DNA of 64,000 nucleotides from Chara braunii (taxonomy: Eukaryota; Plantae; Charophyceae), in the NCBI GenBank assembly GCA_003427395.1, contig BFEA01000040.1:3039954-3103953 (forward strand). Direction: 5' to 3'. The first letter of the stretch is position 1; the number at the start of each line of letters is the position of its first letter. The notes under the pieces were generated by a model. It worked only from the letters and a program-made list of their open reading frames with translations, was not told where the DNA came from and searched no databases. Below, piece after piece: positions 32,272 through 46,300 of this stretch. The position numbers and the translations under genes are program-made.

Positions 32272-35200
32272 TGTCGCACTTTTTCCAGTCGAGGCTCTTA
32301 GGGCAACCGGAAAACCAACAGGCTTTCACGTAGGATTTTGTATGTGATTGCAATAAATAAAATGAATTAAATAATGCAAATCCCTTTCTGTTGTGTGCGT
32401 TCGGCTTCGAGCGAGACCCTTCAATTGCGATCTTCGCCGGTCCCCAGTCTTAGGAATCTTTTATTTTGATTCGGAACAGCGGAGAATTAATACAAACAAT
32501 AATCATAAAATTATGGGGTGCTATGCATGCATCNATTATGTNAATCTGATTTTGAGAACTGTGACAAAANGTCCACAATGGCAATCATCAAGCAAGAATA
32601 ATGCAGAAAACAAGANTGACTGACTCNAACAAAACAGAGGCAATCGAGTGAGGGAAGAATGATAACTCATAATAATCTCNGAAAGTACACATAAACGAGC
32701 GTGGTCAGCACCTCTCAAGAGTCCTCACTCATCCCTCTGGTCCATCTCTCAATCTCTTTTCACTACTNCTCTATGGTGCCGAGGTNNACGCCTACGTACA
32801 ATCTGAGACTGAGGCTTCNTGACGAAAAGCCACCTGTAGCNAGCTAGCTCTNAGCATGACCATCCGAGGCACATGACACGGTAGTTAACCATTGAGCAAA
32901 ACTCCTCCCACAAAGTAGGCAGTCCATCTACTGAAAAGACTCCTCGTCTGAAGTAGGGGNACTCGNTGGGCTCTGTCAACGCNTCAATGTCGATNACCGC
33001 AGGAGAGATATACCTCTTTGCCAGACCAATTACATCCAGCCAACTCGTGCCATCAGTGAGAAGGGAAGGGACTGGANGCCTNGGATAGTCAGTATAAAGC
33101 ATCGNCCCGAAGCTGCGGATCAGAGTAGTGTCACTCTCATCGAGCTNCCTCTCCCTCTGCTCGAGATACCTTGTGGCAGAGATCCAAACTGCGTCAAAAT
33201 GATCATGAGCCTCCTTCCCCTTTTTCAGGTATGGCCTCAGGTCATGAATAGTACCATTTGCAAAGCTGGTCTGGACAACGAAGATTGACAGATCTCCCTG
33301 TCTGAAACCAATGGCATTAACATACTGATAATGAAATGCCTCTTTGCATGAAATCCGATTGAGGTTGGCCAGCACTGACTCACTGACTGGCGCAGACTGA
33401 ACTGTGCTCATCAGTACCTTTGCCAGTACAGGCTGATCAGACGGTCCCGGAGAACTGACTACCAAGCTGACCGTAGGGAACCGATTACCAAAAAACTGAT
33501 TGCTGATAATAGATTGTTTACTAAATGAATGTTGATGATTGATTGCTAATTAAATAATCGCTGATGACTAATTGCTGAGTAAAAGGTCTTTGATGACTGA
33601 TTGTTGATTGTCCAGGTAGGTGAGTTGTTCTTGTTCAGAGACAGAACACTCACTAGTGGCCGCTAACAATCCTCCTTGCTTCCTCAATAGTGCCCACTTA
33701 AGTTATGGTAGCACATAGCCTGCCAATCTTATCATGCAGGTAGTACGTGTATTCGATTTTTGTATGATCCCTCACGAGAACCAGCGCACATTCCATCATC
33801 ATAGCAGTCTGCTGATTGTACTCCTCAACTGCTCTCTCCCTCCAGGTCTCTTCAGCACTCTGATACAACAAGCAGGAGACTCTAAATGTGTTGCTGCTGT
33901 CCATATTCTCACTGAATTCTCGTTACATCAGATCACCAAACTCGAGACGCGTGACTCTTGGATGATATAAGTGTCAAAATAGCATTAGGCAGATTGCTGT
34001 TTTGAATGGTTGTTTTAGATTGTCGTTTCTTGCTGCTGTTTCTGGTTGTTGTTCTAGATGCGGTTCTCTGTTGTCATTCGCTCACCGTTTGATTACCAGT
34101 TGATTGCTGTTAATGCGATTACTGCTCAGGAGGGTGGTTTCCAATTACATGCTGATTGCTGCTCTGAAAACTAATTGCTTGATAAAGTACACTCGTTGAC
34201 GTTTGAGTTGGCTGTTTGCTGATTAAATGCAAATTGAGAGACAACCGAATCCACAGTTAAATACCGGTCAGAGCACCATCCTAAGTACTGCTCTGAATGT
34301 GGCTCCAAGTACTTGTCCTGAGAACTGCTCTTAGTACAGCTCCAGGTACAGTTACGANNACTGCCCAAGTACAGTTCCGAGCACAGTTAAGTCCAGAATA
34401 CAGAGCCCAAATCCGGACCTGAANACCGTTCAAAGTAGTCAGAGTCCTGATCTGAACACCTTCTNTTCTGGCCGGTTAGATGTTGATTAGTCGCTGACTG
34501 AAAACTGAACGCTNTCGTTTGACTGTTGANGGNGTAGACTGAGTGTTGTTGATGTTTGCTGATAAAGGGCAAGATGCTAGNGGTCGAGATAACAGTAGTC
34601 TGCCAATAAACGCCTGCTGTCAGATCAAGTTGACCGCAAAAATTGTCATTCAGAAGTGCTTTCTCTGACCACTGACTGGTTGCGAAACATCAAACAAGTA
34701 AAAGACNGAATAGTNGNTGAGTAAGAATCCGAGTATGGTTCANAGTATGATTCGGAGTATGGTTCTGAGTATGGTTTCGGATACGGTTCTGAGTATGGTT
34801 CCAGNTACAGTTNTGAATATGGTTCCGCATACGGTTCTNAGTATGGTTCCTGATACGGTTCTGAGTATGGTTCCGGATAGAGTTNTGAATNTNGTTCCGG
34901 ATACGGTTCTAAGTATGGTTCCGGATGCCTTTCGAATACTTGCTCTAGATANAGTCCCCAATTGCTNCCTCANANAACCTNTTCTCTGACAGCCGTTTCC
35001 GGTTACCACTCTGATCATTGTGCCGANCCCGATGGCAGAATGNTGATCCTAGTCTAGTCCCTNCTCTGGCTGTCTANATATGTACCGAGTATTCGGATTG
35101 TTGACACCAGCATCCTCATGNGACNGAGGAGNNNGCAGACTNCCACTATTTGGACACTAGTAAAAATTCTGGAAACGATGATCTGAACTCTGTTGGGCTC

Positions 35201-38200
35201 ACGCAAGTTTTGCCTTGACCTGCTCCACGCTNTCTAGCGAAGAACCAGTACTATGCAGTTTACCATCGGGACCGTAAAAGTAGATCANATATTCNATGTA
35301 CTTTCTCTCTCCTGCTGTTTCAACCGCAANCTCTCTTTGAGTTNGTCTATGTCTTTCCATATCCCTACTTGCCTCTTCCTCCCANCCTTCTCTCNTATTT
35401 CTATCNGATCTACCTTTCACCATTAGAATCTCGTCCTTCCTCATGACTTCTTCACGATCAATATCACAGATTTACCAAGCAGGTATGTATATAACGAGTT
35501 CTCTGACTGTGCACANGGTTTGTCTGTACTTATACTGAATTANCGGGGCCCANACTGGGCTGTATGGGTCTATNTGCAGATTGCCTGAGTCTGTTTCGCA
35601 TGAGTCAAAGTTTTNCTGAACTGGGGTTACCATTAATNCACNGGTGTAGANGCAAGGCTACGAGAGTCTCCCCTGCGAACAGTTCTCAATTTAACTCCTC
35701 AACCTCGGGATAGAGACCCAGCACGGATGGTCCTGACCCTTCAGAAAACAAAACTTAGGGTGCTATTGACNGAGGACCACCCTGTCCCTCGCGCTCGATT
35801 ACACAGACAAATCTCACCCTTAAAGACTGATCACGAATTCAATCAGAGCATGCTCACCTCCTGGTCNGGCTTTTGTTAAAGATGGACACCCTTGCGACAN
35901 CCTCGACACCACACNGTTCATNATGCACAGAGCGCGGGACAACGTAAACAAAAGCCCTCATCACCCGAATAGCGCAACTACGATCTCCACTCATGTATCA
36001 CATAGTAGTTTTGTTATTGATACAAGTGAAGCTCATGTCTGAATCTCGCCTAGTGCCGAACTAGTTATGAGATCATCGTTGATAACTCAATCAAAAGGAT
36101 TTCAAGGGATTTGTAGGCCCCACTCAGTCCGTCCTCGAGTACCATGGCTCAGGGAAACACAACAAAACGCATATTTACTCATCAAGCTCACTACTCAGGA
36201 CATTGAGCCCTCTGCTCTCGCCCCCTTAAAAGACAAGAAAATTTAACAATTAAGACCCGACTCTTCCTAAAATGTCACAACACATCATAGTATCTCATGG
36301 GATTTTACGTTGTGAGTAATTAGATTCCGAAGTCCGACCCACAGGTGAGCTGGCATACCAGAACCTAGTTGAGCGTTCCTCGGAGTACCGCAAAACATGA
36401 ACTCTGTGTACTTTTCTCAACCCACAAATGCACTCTGATTTCCCGATGGCTTACCTGTTACCCATTATGCACTTGAGCCAGCTAAAATTAAAGTGCAGAT
36501 CACTAATCCCCGTCAAACAAATATTTAGCCAGTAGGTAAGCGACTTTTCTCAGCACCAGTTTTTCTTGTTCATAGTCAAAACTAGACCATCACGCTCAAT
36601 TCATTCCGAGTGGCTGTGAGAGTAGCACAAAAGTCCTTCGGCAGCGTCGCGTAACCAACCAAGAAAAGGAAAAATAATACCCTTATTAAGAGCGAAAACT
36701 TCAGAAGAGCTCGTAGCCAACAATAAAACTACCCCTTTTGCTGTGCAAAGCTACTTGACCCTTCCAAGACACTACCCACTCACCCTGCCAAGCAGCCTTA
36801 TTAGGATTACGTGGGAACGCAATATCTAGAGTCTTGTTAAGGTTCTTTTGATTTTGGTCGCTATCAACCACTCCCTTAAGCGGCATGATCTTTCGGTACC
36901 CAAGTATACTTAGCTGTCAGTTTAGTCCTCTCGGTCTCGCAACCACTACTCCTGTCGAGGATGACTGGTCTTCGCATGTAAAGCTTGAACTCACATCTTA
37001 AGTCTNTCAGAAGTCAGNCCCTNNCCGCTGAGCTCACTAACCAAACAAACAATACTCATCACTATCATCCTCCATAACAAAAAAAACTTAGCATGGCCCC
37101 ACTCGTAATGATNAGCAGCNTGCACGTTCCCTCTCAACTTCTCGAATTTCAAGAAGCAAGGAGCAGACGGGTGTCACGTTGAAGTTGAATCAAGATTCAT
37201 GTTGCGACAAAATGCTGACATCAGCAGCTAACTCGCGCGTATACTTTCTCATGCGAACCGTCTCTCCTTACTTCACGCGCGTCATGCACTCTCNTGAGAA
37301 CATATCNTCACACATNTNTCCTTTCTCTGTTCAGCATGCGGGTGGTGATCAGCACACCGTTATACCGGCCCTNTTTTACCTTTGCAGATTGCGNGCAATG
37401 CCCTTGTCTTCTTTGAACANCAGAAGACTGGCNGTGCCAAGCACAAAGCTCCTCTCATCCTTCATGGCTATACANCATTGTCGGTTGGCAGCNATGACCT
37501 CACCGTCTTCTCACACGGTCNCTGGCTTTGTTACNTGCGACCTGTACATGCACTTAACTACCTTCCCACTCAATCACCGCGCTCNCTCGCGCCNACTTGC
37601 CTACGTCTACTCTCCGTAGCTTGTNNTGTANCGCAGTCNGATTGACGTAGGCATCTCCCTTCACNTACACTTGGCTCTAGCCCCCCCTTTTTCCCGTTGA
37701 CCCTTTAGTCACGCTCTATCAGGCNACCACGCAGGAGTCAAGTGTACTGCCCACCCTCTCTCTTATTCCTACCGCNGACTGCCTCCTTACAGGACACNCC
37801 ACCTGTCGTGCATGTTCCCATGCAACTNCNCTTACCTCCCCGTTTCAAGTTNCGTTCCGCTNACACTCTCTTCCCCTCTCACAAAACCACGTACTAATTA
37901 ACGGGTAATTANAGCCTAAGCACAGTGTAAAAGNTGCTNATCCAAGTCCCAAACAGANAGGGACCGTGCTCAATGCGNGGCAAAGCAATTCGAGTAGCAA
38001 CTNACATCGCGCTTCGCAGACTAGCATCTCTAGATNGTTACTTCTCGNGTTGTCCCTNNGGGTTCCTCTTTCCTCATCTTTTCATCATTACTGCAGGTGC
38101 GAGCTTGCCACACGAACGTGCGAGCGGTGGTTGATGTCAAATACCCTCTGTGAACTAGCGTCCTACCTTACTCACACCGTCTCCCTTTTCGCTGGCTCTC

Positions 38201-41158
38201 CTCTCATACACCAGGCCTTGCTACGTGCAGTCCACCACGCTCGCACATAACCACCTATCGACTCAATCGCCGCGCTTGCTCTCTCTGACTCGCTGCCTGC
38301 CCTCTCTTTGCAGCTCGTTACTCACTGCCTTCCAGTTGACATCAACATCCCAGCACACGCGTTCAGTTCTCTCCTCTCTCGATGTTGACCCTCTCACCCG
38401 CGTGTCTCAGGCGTACTGCCTACTCTCCCCTCTCACTTTCTCAGTGACCACCCACTTGCTCGTCTCAGACCGCGCCACGTGCAGACTGTACACACCCATC
38501 ACGCTCATACGCACCACTCATCTCGTCACCTCTGGTTTGCTACAGATGTCGTTCAGTTGACATCAGTCGTGCTCCGCAAACTCGTCTCGTTCCCGCTTAC
38601 TCTCTGTCTCCGTCTTCGATGACCTCTTCGCAACGCACGTGTTCTGCCTCATCACACTTGTCTCTTCCCCTTGCTCTGTTTTCCTCCTGCCCTGCGGCCT
38701 CCGGTCCCACGGCCTCTGGGAGTCGGCTGTCGTGAGCTGGCCTCAGACCCCTTTTCCACCGGCTCCGCGGCCCGGTGGTGCTTTTGGATCTCCTCGGGTC
38801 TGTTCCAGGACCTTAGATCCGTCTCACAGTCAGCCTCGCTCATTTCACTCTCCCCGCCTGAGTCTCTCTCGTTGTGCTGCTCCTCCCTTGTCTCGGTCCC
38901 AGTTGATGATTCGGTCTTGTGATAGATGACCGTCACTCTGAAGCCCACGGTCACCCTGTCTCGTCTGCACCTCCGCTCTGCCCTGTCGCGCGCTTCGGAA
39001 ATGGCAGCCTGCAGCCTCTGGTCACCTCGCATCTCCTCCTCTCTCCCCCCTTCAATACACACCTTCAGTCGAACTTCTCCCCCATCATAGTTCGGGGCCG
39101 TCGTAATCAGGGGGCCTTTACCTGACACTGGGACCCAGCGCACCGTGTGCCGCCAACAGCCAGTCCTAGAGCCGTGTAGCGCCATTGCTACTCAAGATAG
39201 CCTGCCCCGCTTGATAGATAGCACAACACTAGACCCAACACTCGTGCCCACAGACTACCCACCGCTTTCTCAGGCCAACANCGTCAACACAGCAGGAGAG
39301 GCTTCACTGCCAAGAACTCGTTTGCCTCACCTCTTTATAGGCTCACCCCTCGCTATGACCCCGCNCTCTAAAAGAAAAGTTCTGCTCTGGCCTTTTTTTT
39401 TAATAGTCTTGATATTCCAAAATATAAAGCAAAATAAAACTGAATAATTCGAAGCCGAAAACTCAACGGTCAAGGTATGGTTCAAAATCGCTATGCTGCC
39501 CTCAAGCCACTAATTATCACGATGTGACCACGGCCCACTATCTGAAGTCCCATAACGGGACACTGACAAGCATTTTTCTTTCTTTAAGACGTACGCGTTG
39601 ACTTATACCCGATGGGTACCCGTGTCCGATGGCAAGGAGGGGGCTTATNANCCTCCACNGGGGGGTGATAGACTCCCTACCAATGCGGCCGAGGGTCGCC
39701 CTTCTTTTGAGGCTTTACCGTGCAACACTTCAACCATGCGCCTCTGGTACATGAGTCTTACGAGGAGTCGGTCCAGTNTAGGCCGCCAGNCCATANTCGC
39801 ANNCCAANAACTTGAACCGTCGGCCTCCCCTTCAAANTGTCTGAANCGAGAAAAGGAGAACCGCGCCTGGAAAATTGAGAAGTTAACAATGATGGTTATA
39901 ATAATAATCGTAAATAAAATAGAAAGGGGAAGACTCAACGGTACAGTAGCCCGATATCGCCGGATTATCCCCGATTAAAGCAAGGGTNGCGATCCATATG
40001 CAGCTCTGACTCTTAGTTTTCCTTTCTGCTCTCACACTTCTTACTTTCTTTTATTTCTTTTACTTAGCTTTTCTTTTCTTTGACACCGGTCTGTCTCCAT
40101 GCACCTAACCCATAGCTCAGTACCGGGGCGCTTGGCGCACAGTTGCAAAGACCGGGCCAGCCCTCTCACCTCCGCGTCCCAGGGTGAACCCGACGGCTAC
40201 CACGGTCACAGGCCGGTTGTGCTCTGCTGTACAGCAGGGCGCTGAGCCTGGGTGGACCAATGGAAGTCCTGTGGCGCACCCCTTTTGCTGAGGGCTACGC
40301 CACCGGGACTGATCCACATCATACTTTAGCCCAGGTACCAAGCGTCACAGTGTCTTGGGAGGAGCTACAAATCGCAACAATAAACTAAGGGTCGTACCAA
40401 GTAGGGACTTGGTACACAGAGGAGGGCCGGGACACCGCGCCCTCCGACATAATACCAAACCCCCATCCAGCGTCCCCGCTGGGTCGGAGCGAGAAGTTTC
40501 GATATAAAAACAGTGCAACCCAATATGCCCTCGCTCATTCCCATTGCGGCTTGAGGCGATTTCCGCGCTACCGTTCTCATAGCGTTCGTAATCCTCTGAG
40601 CACACCTTCCTTCTTCGCACTCACCTTCCTTCTCCGCATCCGCCTCTCTCTCAAGTGTTCGCCCTCACTCTCTGCGCTGGCTATCCCCCTTTGCGCTAGG
40701 TTTCTTTCTCTCTGTGCCAGGCTTCTTCTCCTTGTACTTGCTTTTCTTTTAGCGCTCACCTTCTTTCTCCCGTAGCATACCGCAATCTCCCGTAGTAAGC
40801 GATCATTTTCCTTTACTTCTTTTGATAATCTTTCACTCCCACTTTCAGGATTCATCTCATCATCGCAGATTTCACTCACACAACTTTCTCAGTCCTAGCG
40901 CTTAGACACCTCACGTGCATCATGCCTGAGGCACGCCGCGGACAGGGTAGGTGAAGAGGAGGAAGGACAGGGAAGGCTAGGAGGAACCGCCAGCCAGGGT
41001 ATGGCGCACTTATAGTTCAGAGGAGGAGGAGGAAGAAGAACCAAGAGGCTACGCGCACTGGAGGCACTTTCCGCGTTATCCATCATCAGGGTGGTACGAG
41101 AAAACTCCATCCCCAGACAGGATGGAATACCTCCGAAATAAGTTTGATGCGCGCTACA
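32272..41158 (-). repeat. Very long LTR (~8.9 kb; far boundary uncertain, alternative ~43126)
   Basis: The U5 end ..GTGCGACA is fixed by the PBS in copy 2. The candidate U3 start TGTAGCGC (41158) matches the other terminus at 6/8 and lies ~13 nt from purine tract AAGGGGGAGAAGAGG. An alternative PPT, GAGAG(C/T)GGGGAGTAA.TGTGA, lies at ~43126-43142. A TATA-like CCTATAAAG is at ~39341. The equivalent copy starts at 51374. Confidence 0.55.
32749..33904 (-). pseudogene. Copy of the LTR-encoded gene in LTR 1
   Basis: The 238-aa ORF 32749-33465 is near-identical to 51851-52567. The upstream exon has a TCA>TAA stop at 33698. Confidence 0.55.
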
Positions 41159-43393
41159 ACACACCGAGTACCTCTTCTCCCCCTTATATCCCTAGACCTC
41201 CTTCCACTCTTGCAGTAAGCAAGGCCATAGTGCCAGTTCAGCCTCCTTCTGCCCCATGCGCCGTCTCATCACTCCATCATCCCAGTCACTGCATTCTCTT
41301 CAGCATCTTCTTTCTCCTCTTTCTTTTCCAGCTCGAGCTCATGGCAGTCTTTTACGTCTTATATAAGCGTGACTTCTTTTCAGCCTTTTAAATCTGATTT
41401 TTGGCTAATAAAATTATTTATCCAGTCCACTTCATAGCGTCCCAAGCCTGAGAGTTTGGCTTACTTAAGGCCCGGGATGCAGGTTCCTCGCGAACCAGGC
41501 CGCTTGTCGGCCACCAAGTAAAATTTTAAGAAGGATTTTGTCTAAATGTTTGACTTGCTCAACTGTTGGCCTTTTCATATGGAGGTTACCTCAGCTCTTG
41601 ATCAGGCACCTATGCTAGGGATGACCCCAGTAATGAGAGTACTCACTCTGTCTGACATGCTGGAAATAAGGTATACCAAACCCTCTTTTCTGCTCTCTGA
41701 ATTGAGAGACATCTTCTCAGCTCCTCACTTGATAGAGATACCAAACCCTTGTTTTCTTTCTCTAGTCCCAGTGAGGCGTCTCCTCAACTTCTCAGACAAA
41801 GGGGAGGGGATACCAGACCCTTTTTCTTTTCTCTGGTCAAGGAACTTCAGATAAGTATTTGTATACCTGCAAAACCAGCAAGTCCCACAGACACCCCCCA
41901 TATCCCAGCAAACAGACCCTCTGACAACCAGCAATCAAACATTAACAAATTAAAATAAGCCCCATTAATAAAATAATAAATAACAAATAACAATTAATAC
42001 ATAACAGCTCTTCATACCCATGATTTATTGATTGCCTTATTTTCGACCCACCACTGGCCAGGAATGTCAAACGTCCCGTCAGTCTGACATGCCTCATTCG
42101 GCCCGCCTCAGGCCAGGACTAGTCGGATAATCTGTCTTGACAGCCCCTTTGACCTGCCTCAAGGTCAAAACAAATCATACCCACTACTCGAGTATGGCAG
42201 CCCTTTGACACTCTCGCCAGGACACCCAGACTATAGCGGGTCTGGTCACCCTATGGCAGTAGACGTCCCGTCAGTCTAACTGTTCCGAATCCGGATTTAA
42301 CCACTGCGGTCAGGGACCGGCTCACCTACCAGTTTTTGGCCAAGAGCGCTAGCTACCCCGCCCAAATTTTTAAACGTGGGACCCGGTCTAACCACAGTTC
42401 CAGGCTCTGGCTAACCTCACTAGATTGCATCCTCTGACTGCGGTAGGGTTCCAGCCGACCCCTCTCAGTCTCATAGGCCAGACTCCCAGAGTCCTAGCCT
42501 CAGCTGACTACGGAATTCGACACTCGCGTCGGGGACCTGCTGACCCCACCAGATTGCAACCTGCTACGGTAAGGCTCTGGCTAGCCTCGGCAATCAACGC
42601 ATCCTTAGGTTAGAGAAGAAAACCCCAGACACATACAATCAGGCAAGCATATCATAACCCACAAGCAGACTGCCCTTGCCCCATAACAGAACAAACATTT
42701 CCCAAGAGACTTACCTTCAGTCTCAAGAGACACTGAACAGACTAGCCAACACTAAGAGTTTGCAAGAGACCTCCCTTTAGTCACAAACAAAAACTTAGTG
42801 CTAGCCCCAGAGAGGTCCCTTTCCTCATCTGAGTGAAGACAGACCCTTTGCCAAGAATCACGAAGTCCCTCTACTGACCACTCGCAGTCAAGTAGGGCTG
42901 AACTTCTTTATGCCTGCCTTCGTCTCAATCTCTTGAAAGAACAACTTAGTCAGAGACATGAAGTCCTCCTGCTGATAATTTTCGATCAGACAAAACTGAA
43001 CTTGGCTATGCCCATCATGATTTCTATCAGTGATAACAATAACACTGCTTATATCATTTGATATGCCACAGCCATGAGCTTCTCAGACTTTGACACTATG
43101 CCAATGCTCTCAGAACTGTATTCACAGTTACTCCCCGCTCTCAGGATTTGACACTCATGTAACGACTGCAGCGCTGCATCAAAGATATAGTCCCATTAAC
43201 TTAGTTGCTTGCTGACATAGGTAACGAAATGACTTGTTGAAAACTGGAATATTGAAACTGAGATGCTGAAACTGGAGCACTGAAATTGAAATGTTGAATT
43301 ATCTATGCAAGAATGATCATTGTCTGCTGATAACTGAGCCTCACTGTCTTAGTATCTTACTGTACTCTTTCTCAGTCCTCTATGACCGTTCTC

Positions 43394-46300
43394 TTACTTG
43401 GGTGGTTGATTCCCCTGTCCTCTCTTTGGAGTCACAGTAGGGATCAAGTCAGGATCTCTGAAGATAAACTTACGAAGTCTTGACCCTGACACCATGTCGT
43501 GAACTCTGAATCCGTCTATTTGTGATATCTCATAAACCTTGCCTTCTGCCTCTCCTGTGATTCTGTAACGACCAAACCATCTAGGCTCCAATCTTTTAGT
43601 CCATTGTGTCTCAAGAGAACTGTTAAACAGAAGAACAACATCTCAAATCTTCAATTTCTCTTTTCTTATGTACATTTTCTTGTTCCATCTTTCTTGATCC
43701 GATAGTTTGCTGGATGTCATTCTCTCTGCTGCATCCATCACTGCCTGATCAACTTCAGGCTGATCTGAAGGAGTTCTGAAATAGAATAATCCCTGCCACT
43801 TTTTTGACTTGACCATGTCTTAACAATACTCTCAATAGGCAATGTAGCATATCGGCCGTACCACAGGGTAAAATGTGCATAACCAACAGTTCTCTTGACT
43901 GTGATATTATCAGCATATACAACAGCTCTTAACTCCTTTGGCCAGTTACAGAGTTTCCCTTCACACCACTTGGCCAATGAATCTTTCAGAGTTTTGTGAC
44001 CTCTTTCAACAGGTGCATTCGCTTGAGGATGGTAAGTAGTCACATACCGAATTTTGACTCCCAATCTGAGTATAATTTTTCTGACAACCTCATTTCGGAA
44101 TTATGATCCTCTGTCTGAGACAAATTCTCCGATAAAGGGATACCTGAGATAGACTTTCTTTATCCAATTAGCCACTTGCTCGGCTGTCTTCTTTTTCAGA
44201 GTTTTTGCCTCAACGTATCCAGAGAATATATCTCTCATGTTTAGTATGTATCTCATCCCACCCTTGTCTGGAGGCATAGTGATGAGATCTAGATGAACTC
44301 TACTACCTGGCTCTACCAGGATTGCAGGGAATAGGGGCTCAATCATCCTCGTGGTAGACCTCTTCTGACATAAGACACATGATTTACAGTATCTGAAAAT
44401 CATGTCTCTCATGCAAGGCCAGAAGTAGAGTTTGACAGTCTTGGAGTAGGTAGCCTCAGCAGCCCTGTGACCACCAACGACCCCTTCATGCAAAGCAGCA
44501 ATTATCTCTAGCTGCCTCTCTTTACCACAGACCACTGTTAGTGGAGGTAGGCCTCCCCCACCATCCACAAAGAGATGTCCTCTTTTTAGTCTGAATTTCT
44601 TCCTTGAATCTTTACAGTAATATTCTTTTAGTTGCTCATTTTTCATTTTTCTGCCAATCTCTTGATAGTTCTCATCATATTCTTCAAAGAAGAAAAATAT
44701 CTCTTCTTCCTTTTTTTCACTCTCCTCTTCTTCCTTTGAACCTGAACTTTCCCCAATCTCATGAGCAGCCACCACCGCTGCATTAACTCTTGCATACCAA
44801 TCGTTTGGTTCGTCATCTTCTTCTTTCCCTAGAATCGACTCATAGACGTATGCACTTGTAATTTCTCCCCAACTGTCTCTCTCTTTTGGGCCACAGACTT
44901 CACTTGTAGGAGCATGGTGCCTCATAGTCCTTATCATCTCTTTCATTAAGGAAATTATTAACATAGGCAAATTCTTCAATTGTTCCATTCACATTTTTCT
45001 CTTCTTCTCGCGACTCAATCCGGCTTAAACCATCCGCTCTGTTCTTCTTAGTGAGGATCTTTTCCAATTTAAAATCATATGTCCAGATGAAAGCGATCTA
45101 TCTGCTGATTGTTGGATCTACCTGTTGATGCTTTTTAATGACACCAATCACAGCAGATGCATCAATCCTCAGGAGGATGAATCTCCTTCCCAACACATAG
45201 TGCTTGAAGCACCAGAGGCTATGAATGATTGACAATAGCTCTTTCCTGAATTGGGTGTAGCCTCTTTCAGTAGAATTGAGGGTTCTGCTTTCAAATCTTT
45301 AGGGTCTTTCTCTCTCATTTTCATCTTTCTGTATGAGCACTCCATACAGAGCCACTGGTCCTCCATCAGCCTCAATGATGAAAGGTCTTGTCTCCTCATC
45401 ATCATAATAGGGTACTCCCAGTACTACTCCACCATCTCTTAGTTTTTCTTGCAACGTTTCTGCTGCAGCTTGTGTTTTATCATTCCACGTTAAGTTAGCC
45501 CCTTGTCTTACCATTTCTCTCAGAGGTTCTGCAAGGGCAACAAAATGAGGAATAAAAATTCTCCAGAATCTACAGACTCCCAAGAAGCTTTTGNCCCCTT
45601 GTCTTACCATTTCTCTCAGAGGTTCTGCAAGGGCAACAAAATGAGGAATAAAAATTCTCCAGAATCTACAGACTCCCAAGAAGCTTTTGACATCTATTGA
45701 CATTTGTCACTCTTTTGAGAGGCAGAGGTCAGTTCAGGATTTTGTCTACCTTCTTGGGATCTGGACTCTTACCCTTGGAGAAGCATCTCAAGCCCAAAAT
45801 TATCACTTNCGGTTGGAAGAAAATGGACTTTGGTCNACTGACAGTCAGATTATACTTCTGAAGTTTTTCTAGGACCATCTTTACTCCTTCAGCATGTTTC
45901 CAGACAAACTCTCTGACTTNCCGTGCGACNAAAGTTTCATCTTTTACTAAGGGTCCTTTTACAGGATTATCATCAATGNAGGGACAAATTATTTCAGGAG
46001 AGATGTCCTGCATAACTTTGATCATATCCCTTTGAACCACCGCNACTCCGTTAGTCCAGCCCTGAGGTACCACACACATCTGAACAAGCCCCCTTGTCNT
46101 GTGCATGGCAGTCAGCGGTCGGCTAGTGGGATCAATAGNGAACTGATCATAGCCGGAATACAGGTCAACTAGGGAATAAATACATNGACCAGCAAAGGAT
46201 TCAGCGAGGAAATCAGCATTAGGAAGACTACCTNCATCACGTACCGTCACAGAATTGAGCTTCTGAAGATTCTGTATCCATCTTAGCCCACCCCCTGGTT

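Noticed and set aside
37088-37100. 13-nt match to U6 (TTAGCATGGCCCC) in the LTR, also at ~56287
   Set aside because: Too short, with no ACAGAGA box, and the flanks do not align.
45500-45688. ~95-bp tandem duplication in the RT/RNase H connection
   Set aside because: Identical copies are separated by a single N, indicating an unmerged contig overlap.
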